Below, piece after piece: positions 18,779 through 25,695 of a stretch of DNA of 57,535 bases; positions within the stretch are counted from its first letter, which is position 1; each line of letters opens with the position of its first letter. The notes beneath the pieces were generated by a model that searched no databases, was not told where the DNA came from, and was given only the letters and a program-made list of their open reading frames with translations. A program made the translations under genes and the position numbers. The stretch is from a virus (lineage: Duplodnaviria > Caudoviricetes), in the IMG/VR virus record IMGVR_UViG_3300027741_000074, positions 1 through 57,535 of that record. One strand, given 5' to 3'.

Positions 18779-18827
18779 AGCTTCGTATAAAATTGATTAC
18801 TTGTCAACTCAAATTTTATACGAAGCT
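18779..18827. repeat. Perfect 16-bp inverted repeat with a 17-nt spacer containing TTGACA (- strand)
   Basis: AGCTTCGTATAAAATT-N17-AATTTTATACGAAGCT; a partial third half-site AGCTTCGTAAAATTT at 18752. Confidence 0.8.
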
Positions 18828-18838
18828 GTAACTTTTAT

Positions 18839-19957
18839 TTAGCCGCCGAAGGCAGCAGCAACGGCATCGACAAAGGATTTGCCATCCAATGCAGCAGGGG
18901 CAGAGCTACTATTGAGCGATCCGCCGCCTGCTTTAGGTGCGGAGCGGTCGTAGTCTGCAAGGCGAGAGGTCAAGGAATCAATCTCCTTTTGCAGGTTAAT
19001 GTACTGAGCGGCCATCTTTGGCAGTAGCTTTGCAGCCATAGCCTGATAGGTTCCAGTTACAGGATCAAGCGACGATGGATCAAGCTGTGCGGCTTCGTTT
19101 GCCATTGCGGCTAAGTCAACACCCTCAACGCCGCTAAGGAATGCCAGTTTATTCTGTAGCTTACTGGCTACGGCATTAGCTGCTTCTTGGCGTTGTTGAA
19201 CACGCGCAACAAGATGTTGCTGCTGTTGTTGTGCTTCAAGTTGTTCAGCTTCACGCAACGCCGCTTCAGAGTTCTCCTGTAGGATTTGACGCTGTTGTAG
19301 GATAGGCTGGGTCTCCTCAATGATTTTGTAGATGCGGAACTTGTCCCGATCACTAGCGTTAGCAAGCAGTTCAGAGAGTTGTTCTTCCTGCATGGCTTCA
19401 TCGCTATTGGCGATAGCTTCAATCAAAAGGTTGGAATCAACTGAATACTTCTCAGCAATCGCATCGGCTTCGGAGACAAGCTGCATGAGCGGCTGCTCGA
19501 CAAGTTGCTTGTACGCCTGACTCTGCTCAAGTTTACTGATAACCATTTGCTGCTCATACTCAGCAACACGGTCTTGTAGTTGCTGGTACTCAGGATTATT
19601 GGCAAGGGCTTCAAGCTCCTGCAAACGACTGGATTGTTGCGTTGAACTCTGCTCAAGCTCTTCGGCACGAGTCTTGTAGGTCTTCAACTCAGCCTTGAGT
19701 TCTTTGAACCTACGTGCTGCTTGGGGAGTCCAGTCCTTCGCGTCGTCTCCGAAATCAAGATCCGAGAGGGGGTCGTTAGATTGCGGTGTTTCGATTGGGG
19801 TCTCAATTACTGCTTCAGCAGCAGGCGTTGGGGTTTCAATCTGTGGGTTATCCAATGAATCGAAGAACGAATCAAGGGACTCTACAAACCCACCGTTGTC
19901 GGTAGGGGCGGACTCCATTGACGGAGCTTCAGTTGGTACGGCTTCAGGTGCGCTCAT
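18839..19957 (-). CDS. Capsid scaffolding protein
   Basis: Acidic Pro-rich N-terminus, long Gln/Glu coiled coil, located between portal and capsid. Confidence 0.7.
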   Translation of the reverse strand: MSAPEAVPTEAPSMESAPTDNGGFVESLDSFFDSLDNPQIETPTPAAEAVIETPIETPQSNDPLSDLDFGDDAKDWTPQAARRFKELKAELKTYKTRAEELEQSSTQQSSRLQELEALANNPEYQQLQDRVAEYEQQMVISKLEQSQAYKQLVEQPLMQLVSEADAIAEKYSVDSNLLIEAIANSDEAMQEEQLSELLANASDRDKFRIYKIIEETQPILQQRQILQENSEAALREAEQLEAQQQQQHLVARVQQRQEAANAVASKLQNKLAFLSGVEGVDLAAMANEAAQLDPSSLDPVTGTYQAMAAKLLPKMAAQYINLQKEIDSLTSRLADYDRSAPKAGGGSLNSSSAPAALDGKSFVDAVAAAFGG

Positions 19958-19973
19958 AATTTATGGTAGGAGA

Positions 19974-20264
19974 TTATTCAATGTGTGACCACTCTTCAGG
20001 TACCGTGGTGCGTGACGTTGGAGGCTTAGTCAGCTTTTGCAGATCACGGTAGAAATCATTGTACCCGCCTAACCAGCACATACGATTTTCATTATTCACG
20101 CCACTTACAATAGTAGAGTAAGTCGGCTGTGCAGCGTTGGTCAGAGTAGCACAAGCAAGCTGATAGATGGGGTCATTAAGGATTTCCCTTAGTCTTTCAA
20201 TAGCGGCAAGATCATTGAACCAGTGGTCCAACTGCTTAGGTACAGTAGCTTTGCGAGCAGGCAT
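19974..20264 (-). CDS. Small head-assembly-region protein
   Basis: 96 aa between portal and scaffold, a conserved position in podoviruses. Confidence 0.55.
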   Translation of the reverse strand: MPARKATVPKQLDHWFNDLAAIERLREILNDPIYQLACATLTNAAQPTYSTIVSGVNNENRMCWLGGYNDFYRDLQKLTKPPTSRTTVPEEWSHIE

Positions 20265-20270
20265 GAATGA

Positions 20271-20299
20271 ATAAAACCACGGAGTTCGCGGTTTGTCAA
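20271..20299 (-). promoter_or_regulatory. sigma70-like promoter TTGACA-N17-TTTTAT (TGn extension)
   Basis: ATG 20264 is 6 nt after the -10 box. Confidence 0.55.
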
Positions 20300-20308
20300 A
20301 TAATTTAT

Positions 20309-22564
20309 TTAGCTAGTTGCGTTGCCTGAAAGCTTCAATGCGCGTTCAGCATCCTTCAAAGCAAGATCCTGATCTGCTTTGGCTTGCTTAATCTGCATCT
20401 CGATCTGCGCCTTCTGTTGGGCAATCTGCATCTTGAGTTGATGCTCTTGCATCTTCATTTCCGTAGGAGACTGGCCTGCTGGCTGTCCTTCTTGCGGCTG
20501 CTGCCCTTCGGCTTGACCTGCTTCCATAGCCTTGCGTTGCTCGGCTTGCAGCTTACGGTTGAAGTTAGTGATGATCTCTTGCGCGATCTGCATCAGTTGG
20601 TTGGACTCAGCGACTTGCGCCCTTGCCGACGGATCGGCAGAGAGGTACTGCAAGTGTTCCCCGCAATGCTGGAAGATTGCCTCAACCAACGGAAGAGCTT
20701 GCATCGGATCGACCTCGCCTGAATCAATGCCAGCAACAAGTTGTTGCAGCAAAGGATTGTGGATGCGTAGGTGCATTCCGTGTAGCTCACTATCGAGAAC
20801 GGTAACAGGTTGGCCTGATTGCATTGCTTGATTTTCGAGCATAGCGATCTTCGCATCAACAGTCATTCGTGGCTCTGGATTTGCTGGCGCGTAGCGATCA
20901 ACAAGGTCACGACCAACCCGTTCCGAAGTGATGTCGCGGATCAAGTTACGACGACCTACTTCATCGTAGCTGCCAGCAATTTGATTAAGCTCACGGAGAG
21001 CGAGCAAACGGTTGGCAGCAGAGCCAGCACCGATTGCCCTTACAGCAACAGTCTTGTTGTGATCAATCGACTTGATGATCTGTTCGGTCACGCCACGTTC
21101 AGCGCAACGGGCAAAGAATGCCTTAGTACGATCATTACGCCTAGGACTGCTCACAGCGCGTCGTACGACCTCCTTGAGGAGTCGTGACCAGCTAGAGTAA
21201 AACAGATTGATTGTAGAGCCTGTCAGGCGTGAAGAAACGGCAAGGTCGTGTTCGGTCTGAAGCTGGTTACGGTAAGGGGAAGATTGGTTGCCGTACGTCG
21301 ATACCAAATCGACATTGGCTGCAAGCTGACTCTGCAAATCGTTTAGTGCAGGAACCATGTTCTGAGACAGGTTCGGTGCAGCCTTCTCGATCACCTTCAC
21401 GTTAGGTGAGAGGATCGAATACGGACCGTACATCGTAAACGACAAGTCCTCAAGCGCACGCTGCGTCTCAGGCTGGATCATCACTGCGCCAGACATCATC
21501 GCGCTATCGAGCATCTGGCAACGGATACGGTTGCTTGTCTGGACGTGATTGAAAATGCGGTGGCCTAAGCCTCTAACAGAATGGTACGTGCCGTTTGTTC
21601 CTACGCCGTACGAGAACATCACATAGGCTTGTTCGGGCTTGTCAAACATCGACGTTTGTTTGAACATGAAGGACTTCGGAGTCTCTTCGGCAAACATGAG
21701 TAGCGAGACAGAGCCATCGAACTCACGCACCCACATGTGAACGACTTGAACGGTCGTGTTCTCTAAACCAGTATAGAGGTCATTGTTCTTCATCTCGCGT
21801 TGGGTCACTTCCCAATCTGCGTAGGTGTTGCTGCCGTTACGGCCTGACGTGCGTGCGTTCTTGACGATGACACGTTTGACTTCCTCTACGTCCCAGCCGA
21901 TCTTCGCTGCGGCTTCAGGATTCTTGATGAAGGCGTAGAGTTCGTGTAAGAGGTACTGACGACGGGCACAAGCCACTTCGACGTACTCTTCGGATGCAGG
22001 GGTTTGACGTGGGATCAGGAAGTCGCCCAAACCACAAACACGGAAGTTCCAATTGTGTGGGTCTTCAAAGTAAGCAACGCCCACGCCGTGCTTTGTGAAC
22101 TCAGTGCAAAGCCTAAGGTAGCTGCTGTGGAACTCGGGCCACTCTCGCAACATCTGCGTCAACTCTTCGGCAATAATGTCGTTCGCGTCTTGCCGTGCGG
22201 CAGGATCGCCCAACTGCGTCTTGACGTGCATCAGCTTGTCAAGCGAGGTGTAGAGGTCAACGTAGGCGGACATCGACACGTCAAGGTATCGCTGCGCCTC
22301 GCCGAAGTTTAGGTTCGTACGATTGCCTTGGCCTGTCGAGTACAGAACCCTTTGATCATACGGCGGCGCACCATCAAACATAGCATCAGTACGCGCACGA
22401 TTACTTGAAGACTTTTCATCTGCTTTTCGGAGTGTGTCGTAAATCGAACGCGCAGCTTTCACGTCACGCAACCGCGATTCAGGCGGCGTAAGCGTATCGG
22501 GATCAAGGTTCAACAAGTCAAACTCGTTGAGACCTGAAGGTGTCACTGGCGGATTATTCGTCAC
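20309..22564 (-). CDS. Portal protein
   Basis: 751 aa, first gene of the head operon, with a long Gln-rich C-terminal coiled coil (barrel-like) as in P22-type portals. Confidence 0.75.
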   Translation of the reverse strand: MTNNPPVTPSGLNEFDLLNLDPDTLTPPESRLRDVKAARSIYDTLRKADEKSSSNRARTDAMFDGAPPYDQRVLYSTGQGNRTNLNFGEAQRYLDVSMSAYVDLYTSLDKLMHVKTQLGDPAARQDANDIIAEELTQMLREWPEFHSSYLRLCTEFTKHGVGVAYFEDPHNWNFRVCGLGDFLIPRQTPASEEYVEVACARRQYLLHELYAFIKNPEAAAKIGWDVEEVKRVIVKNARTSGRNGSNTYADWEVTQREMKNNDLYTGLENTTVQVVHMWVREFDGSVSLLMFAEETPKSFMFKQTSMFDKPEQAYVMFSYGVGTNGTYHSVRGLGHRIFNHVQTSNRIRCQMLDSAMMSGAVMIQPETQRALEDLSFTMYGPYSILSPNVKVIEKAAPNLSQNMVPALNDLQSQLAANVDLVSTYGNQSSPYRNQLQTEHDLAVSSRLTGSTINLFYSSWSRLLKEVVRRAVSSPRRNDRTKAFFARCAERGVTEQIIKSIDHNKTVAVRAIGAGSAANRLLALRELNQIAGSYDEVGRRNLIRDITSERVGRDLVDRYAPANPEPRMTVDAKIAMLENQAMQSGQPVTVLDSELHGMHLRIHNPLLQQLVAGIDSGEVDPMQALPLVEAIFQHCGEHLQYLSADPSARAQVAESNQLMQIAQEIITNFNRKLQAEQRKAMEAGQAEGQQPQEGQPAGQSPTEMKMQEHQLKMQIAQQKAQIEMQIKQAKADQDLALKDAERALKLSGNATS

Positions 22565-22571
22565 AGGTTGG

Positions 22572-22600
22572 ATAGTGGGGTTAGTTATTCAGAAAGTCAA
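22572..22600 (-). promoter_or_regulatory. sigma70-like promoter TTGACT-N17-CACTAT
   Basis: GTG 22564 is 7 nt after the -10 box. Confidence 0.55.
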
Positions 22601-23154
22601 GAAATTGTTTCTGCGTCTCCAAAGATGCTGATGACGAGTTTCTTGATCGGCAAACGCTTCCGCTTACCGTCATCGTCCGTTAGCTGTACGCACCACTGAT
22701 GGCCGCGAGGATGGATGACAGGCGTGACACGATGTTGCATACCTGCTGTGCGTCCTCTTGACGCAGGCTGGACGCGGAACACAGAGCCGTCAGAGGCAAT
22801 GGCATATTTCGAGTAGTTCGGGATTACGGTGAGGTCAAGTGGTGTAGTCATATCGGAGTCGATCTTAGGGGCGTATGGCAGCTTGTCAATTTCTTTCTGA
22901 ATTATTCTTCGGATGGGCTTGCGTCTACGACGTATCGGAAACAGGTCAGATACAAACCGCTCGTTCTTTGGTTTCTTATGTTTCAGTCTAAGGTGATTGG
23001 TCTCATGGTATCGCGTGACTCTCGTTAAACGAATCAACTCAAACCGCTCACGCGGAACCCAACGCTCACCGCCCTTGCAAGATGGGTGATAGCCCACAAA
23101 AACAAAACCATCCTCTCTTGTGTCGCCGTGGCGTAATCGTCGTGCAGTCTCCAT
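22597..23154 (-). CDS. NUMOD4-like domain protein (homing-endonuclease-associated domains, no HNH seen)
   Basis: C-terminal half IPNYSKYAIASDGSV...VQLTDDDGKRKRL is NUMOD4-like; N-terminal GDTREDGFVFVGY...ERW. Start moved to ATG 23154. Confidence 0.5.
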   Translation of the reverse strand: METARRLRHGDTREDGFVFVGYHPSCKGGERWVPRERFELIRLTRVTRYHETNHLRLKHKKPKNERFVSDLFPIRRRRKPIRRIIQKEIDKLPYAPKIDSDMTTPLDLTVIPNYSKYAIASDGSVFRVQPASRGRTAGMQHRVTPVIHPRGHQWCVQLTDDDGKRKRLPIKKLVISIFGDAETIS

Positions 23155-23161
23155 AAGCAAA

Positions 23162-23190
23162 ACGGTACGGCAAAACCCAAAACCCGTCAA
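23162..23190 (-). promoter_or_regulatory. sigma70-like promoter TTGACG-N17-TACCGT
   Basis: ATG 23154 is 7 nt after the -10 box. Confidence 0.6.
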
Positions 23191-23240
23191 GTATTTTGTT
23201 CAATTAAAATAATAATGTGAATTACCGTTAGTATAAACCT

Positions 23241-23372
23241 TATAAATACTCTTTCCTTTAGGTAATTCATATTATCTCAATAATTCAGTTAATTGAAATT
23301 TAATTGAATTATTGATTTACATTGAATTACAGTGTTCTGGGAAACTCTTCAGATTTTTCTCCCGTGCTGAAA
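23241..23372. repeat. AT-rich inverted-iteron element, copy 1 (copy 2 at 50254-50385)
   Basis: Shared blocks TATAAATACTCT.TCCTTTAGGTAATTCATATTA, TAATTCAGTT, TGAATTACAGT and TGGGAAACTCTTCAGATTTT. Confidence 0.85.
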
Positions 23373-23508
23373 GTCCTCTCAAATTATTTCTGACTGACAC
23401 TTTAACCCTGAATCCTGTATCCTAAACCCGCGATGCGAACCGTGCGTCTGCGTCTGCGCGAGTGCTTAAATCTGCTAGATAACTGTTAGATCTAACATAA
23501 TACTAACA

Positions 23509-23538
23509 GAAAAGGCACCACTTTCGTGATGCCTTTTC
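23509..23538 (-). terminator. Intrinsic terminator with GAAA tetraloop
   Basis: The - strand reads GAAAAGGCATCAC-GAAA-GTGGTGCCTTTTC, downstream of ORF 23585-23812. Confidence 0.7.
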
Positions 23539-23584
23539 GCTGATTCCTGTATCTTGCTACAGGATTAAGGGTACAGGGTGCAGG

Positions 23585-23812
23585 TTACGCGCTTTTCGCG
23601 TCGTTATAGCGTAACCGTTTGCGATCCAGTAGCTTCTGACGGTTTGTCAAGTAGTAATTTCGCTGATAATTGCGATTTTTTTCTTGCTTTTCAGGATTTA
23701 ACTCCGCTTCAAGCTCCCTTTTTCGGCGCAAATCGCCCTTTTTGGCTTCATAATACGCCTTCTGGTACTCTTTGCGAGCCTCTTTGTTCCTATCGTAGTA
23801 GCTTTTGTCCAT
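23585..23812 (-). CDS. Small basic helical protein (YY..N.E repeats, nucleic-acid-binding-like)
   Basis: MDKSYYDRNKEARKEYQKAYYEAKK...; has a promoter upstream and a terminator downstream. Confidence 0.6.
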   Translation of the reverse strand: MDKSYYDRNKEARKEYQKAYYEAKKGDLRRKRELEAELNPEKQEKNRNYQRNYYLTNRQKLLDRKRLRYNDAKSA

Positions 23813-23835
23813 AGAATTTTGCGTGTGCGACCCCC

Positions 23836-23864
23836 ATTCTGCCAATTCTTTGCTTATCCGTCAA
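23836..23864 (-). promoter_or_regulatory. sigma70-like promoter TTGACG-N17-CAGAAT (TGn extension)
   Basis: 17-nt spacer, 23 nt upstream of ATG 23812. Confidence 0.5.
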
Positions 23865-24114
23865 CCTCAATTATTTTTTTCTCACGTAGTTACCTATCGG
23901 TACCGCCCCTGCAAAAAACATGCCACCCCCACCCGTAGCCTGTACCCTGATTCCTGCATCTTGTGCCTGATTCCGATGACGGATACAGGATACAGGGTTC
24001 TTGCTGCATGATCCATGCGCGGGGCGAGGACGGGGCTATTCCCTAGTCTATGAAGGGTGACGCTAGTTAAGTTACCTAACTAACAAACAAACAAACACAC
24101 AAACACACAAACGT

Positions 24115-24624
24115 ATGAAAGCAAACAAAGCAAACAAAGCAAACAAAGCAAACAAAGCAAACAAAGCAAACAAAGCAAACAAAGCAAACAAAGCAAACAA
24201 AGCAAACAAAGCAAACAAAGTAAATAGATATGCAAAGGTGGACTTCTCATCACTTCTCCCACTTATGGCGGGAGTGTGGGAAAGAGAAACGAGTTTGATG
24301 CAAGCGTTCCTTGCGATGTGGAATAAGCAGAAAGATAAGTCGGCTCCGTTAGAATTCCGAGAAGTCTTCTGTGCTTTCGCGCTAGCCAAGGGCTATTGTG
24401 ATAAGTGGGCAGGTGCTGTTGCCCGCGATGCTGATAGAGAATTGTTCGGTATCCGTGGCGTAAGATCCGACAAGGGCAAGCCGAAGGACAAGCCAAAGGC
24501 GGACAAGCCAAAGGCGGACAAGCCTGCGAGTGGCAAGGTTACGCCGCAACAGCTTGCTCACATGGCGAAGGCATTAGATCAAGAAGGCATCGACACCCTC
24601 ATCGGTCTTCTCGTCGCAATGTAA
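24115..24624 (+). CDS. First early-region gene; basic protein with an N-terminal (KAN)11 repeat
   Basis: 169 aa with an A/C-rich leader and internal DKPKA repeats. Confidence 0.65.
   Translation: MKANKANKANKANKANKANKANKANKANKANKANKVNRYAKVDFSSLLPLMAGVWERETSLMQAFLAMWNKQKDKSAPLEFREVFCAFALAKGYCDKWAGAVARDADRELFGIRGVRSDKGKPKDKPKADKPKADKPASGKVTPQQLAHMAKALDQEGIDTLIGLLVAM
24118..24216 (+). repeat. Tandem repeat (AAAGCAAAC)x11
   Basis: Eleven perfect 9-bp units counted directly, followed by a degenerate AAAGTAAAT. Confidence 0.95.
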
Positions 24625-24690
24625 CCTGAATCCTGTAACCTGAATCCTGTAACCTGTAACCTGTAACCTGAATCCGTAATCCTGCATCCT
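24625..24690 (+). repeat. Heptamer array CCTG(A/T/C)A(T/A)
   Basis: CCTGAAT CCTGTAA CCTGAAT CCTGTAA CCTGTAA CCTGTAA CCTGAAT CCGTAAT CCTGCAT. Confidence 0.9.
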
Positions 24691-24776
24691 TAGTTAGGTT
24701 GACTAACTAAGGATGCTGATTGCCTGCTGCTCTTAGTTAGGTAACTAACTAAGGGCATAAGGCAGTTAGTAAACTG
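24684..24776 (+). repeat. Intergenic hairpin unit 1 (hairpins A+B+C)
   Basis: A: GCATCCTTAGTTAG-gttga-CTAACTAAGGATGC. B: TGATTGCCT-gc-TGCTCTTAGTTAG-gtaa-CTAACTAAGGGCA-ta-AGGCAGTTA. C: GCAGTT-agta-AACTGC. Confidence 0.9.
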
Positions 24777-24786
24777 CTATTAAAAT

Positions 24787-25005
24787 ATGAAAACAAAAAT
24801 GAATCCACCTCACTATGAGGTAGCTAGAGGTGCTTCTACCTACGGGATAGAGTACCTAATCCAAGAGGGTATGTTCGACTTCTCAAGAAGAAGCATACCC
24901 AAGAAGTTCAAGGGTCGTAAGTCTGCTGAGCGAGAGGCACGTAAGTACGCTGGTGCTTGGGTCGAAGCGGGTATGCGTCCGTATAGACGTTGGGAGGGAT
25001 ACTGA
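24787..25005 (+). CDS. Small early hypothetical protein
   Basis: 72 aa; its TGA stop is the first 3 nt of hairpin B in unit 2. Confidence 0.7.
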   Translation: MKTKMNPPHYEVARGASTYGIEYLIQEGMFDFSRRSIPKKFKGRKSAEREARKYAGAWVEAGMRPYRRWEGY

Positions 25006-25066
25006 TTGCCCGTTGCTCTTATTCCGCTCCAACGGAATAAGGGCATAGGGCAGTTAGTAACCTGCA
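25003..25066 (+). repeat. Intergenic hairpin unit 2 (B+C)
   Basis: TGATTGCCC-gt-TGCTCTTATTCCG-ctccaa-CGGAATAAGGGCA-ta-GGGCAGTTA. Confidence 0.9.
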
Positions 25067-25073
25067 ACATAAC

Positions 25074-25241
25074 ATGACAACAAATAGAATAGACAACGCA
25101 ATCAAATACCTCATGTCTCGCAATCCAAAGGCATTGCTAGACATGACAACCCCAACCCCAATCCTCGGTCGCCAGATCGTGCTGTGGCTACCTAAGAAGG
25201 TATCCAGTCTGGCATTCGACTTGCCGCCTCTCAAGCGGTGA
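25074..25241 (+). CDS. Small early hypothetical protein (55 aa, MTTNRIDNAIKYLMSRNPK...)
   Basis: Hand-translated; fills the space between units 2 and 3, and its TGA stop starts unit 3. Confidence 0.65.
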   Translation: MTTNRIDNAIKYLMSRNPKALLDMTTPTPILGRQIVLWLPKKVSSLAFDLPPLKR

Positions 25242-25303
25242 TTGCCCGTTGCTCTTAGTTAGCTCACCTAACTAAGGGCATAGGACAGTTCATGTTGGAC
25301 TGC
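25239..25303 (+). repeat. Intergenic hairpin unit 3 (B+C)
   Basis: TGATTGCCC-gt-TGCTCTTAGTTAG-ctcac-CTAACTAAGGGCA-ta-GGACAGTTCA. Confidence 0.9.
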
Positions 25304-25327
25304 AACTAAACCATAATAAATAAAAAT

Positions 25328-25564
25328 ATGAAAAACAAAGAATGTAGTTTACGACAACTCATTATTGAATCCCTGACAGATGCCCTTGCAAAGGGGAAAT
25401 GCGAATGGGAAGCTGCGTTCCCTGAGGGCTTACCCATTGATGTACCCATTGATGACAAGGGTTATATCCAATACTCACGGATTCCAAGGTCATTTGTCGA
25501 AAAGCAAAACGACGAAACCCTGTTTCGTCTTTATACGGCCAACTGCTGTTTAGCTTTTCGCTGA
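25328..25564 (+). CDS. Small early hypothetical protein
   Basis: 78 aa between units 3 and 4, with an A-rich leader. Confidence 0.7.
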   Translation: MKNKECSLRQLIIESLTDALAKGKCEWEAAFPEGLPIDVPIDDKGYIQYSRIPRSFVEKQNDETLFRLYTANCCLAFR

Positions 25565-25569
25565 ACCCT

Positions 25570-25668
25570 GTATCCTTAGTTAGTCAACCTAACTAAGGAT
25601 ACTGATTGCCTGCTGCTCTTAGTTAGGTAACTAACTAACTAAGGGCACAAGGCAGTTATGAAGACTGC
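25570..25668 (+). repeat. Intergenic hairpin unit 4 (A+B+C)
   Basis: A: GTATCCTTAGTTAG-tcaac-CTAACTAAGGATAC. B: TGATTGCCT-gc-TGCTCTTAGTTAG-gtaactaa-CTAACTAAGGGCA-ca-AGGCAGTTA. Confidence 0.9.
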
Positions 25669-25695
25669 AACTAAACCATAAATACAAATAGAAAT

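Noticed and set aside
18779-18827. loxP-like site (arms contain CTTCGTATA / TATACGAAG)
   Set aside because: The distance between these 9-mers is about 27 nt rather than 8, the outer ATAA is missing and there is no Cre-like gene. Treated as a coincidental match within an inverted repeat.
23241-23248. T4-type late promoter TATAAATA (also at 50254)
   Set aside because: There is no gp55-like sigma factor in the window, the motif points away from the late genes, and it is part of the larger duplicated element.
24072-24389. - strand ORFs with (LFA)n or (LCL)n repeats
   Set aside because: These are shadow translations of the 9-bp tandem repeat; the + strand ORF has the leader and matches the direction of the region.
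24717-25658. Integron attC cassette array
   Set aside because: The architecture is reminiscent, but the RYYYAAC/GTTRRRY core sites are not matched and no tyrosine recombinase is encoded in the window.
24684-25668. CRISPR array (palindromic repeats plus a Cas4-like gene elsewhere)
   Set aside because: The intervals are 180-310 nt and contain whole ORFs, the repeats vary internally, and there are no cas1/cas2 or effector genes. The DUF2800 nuclease sits in a normal replication module.
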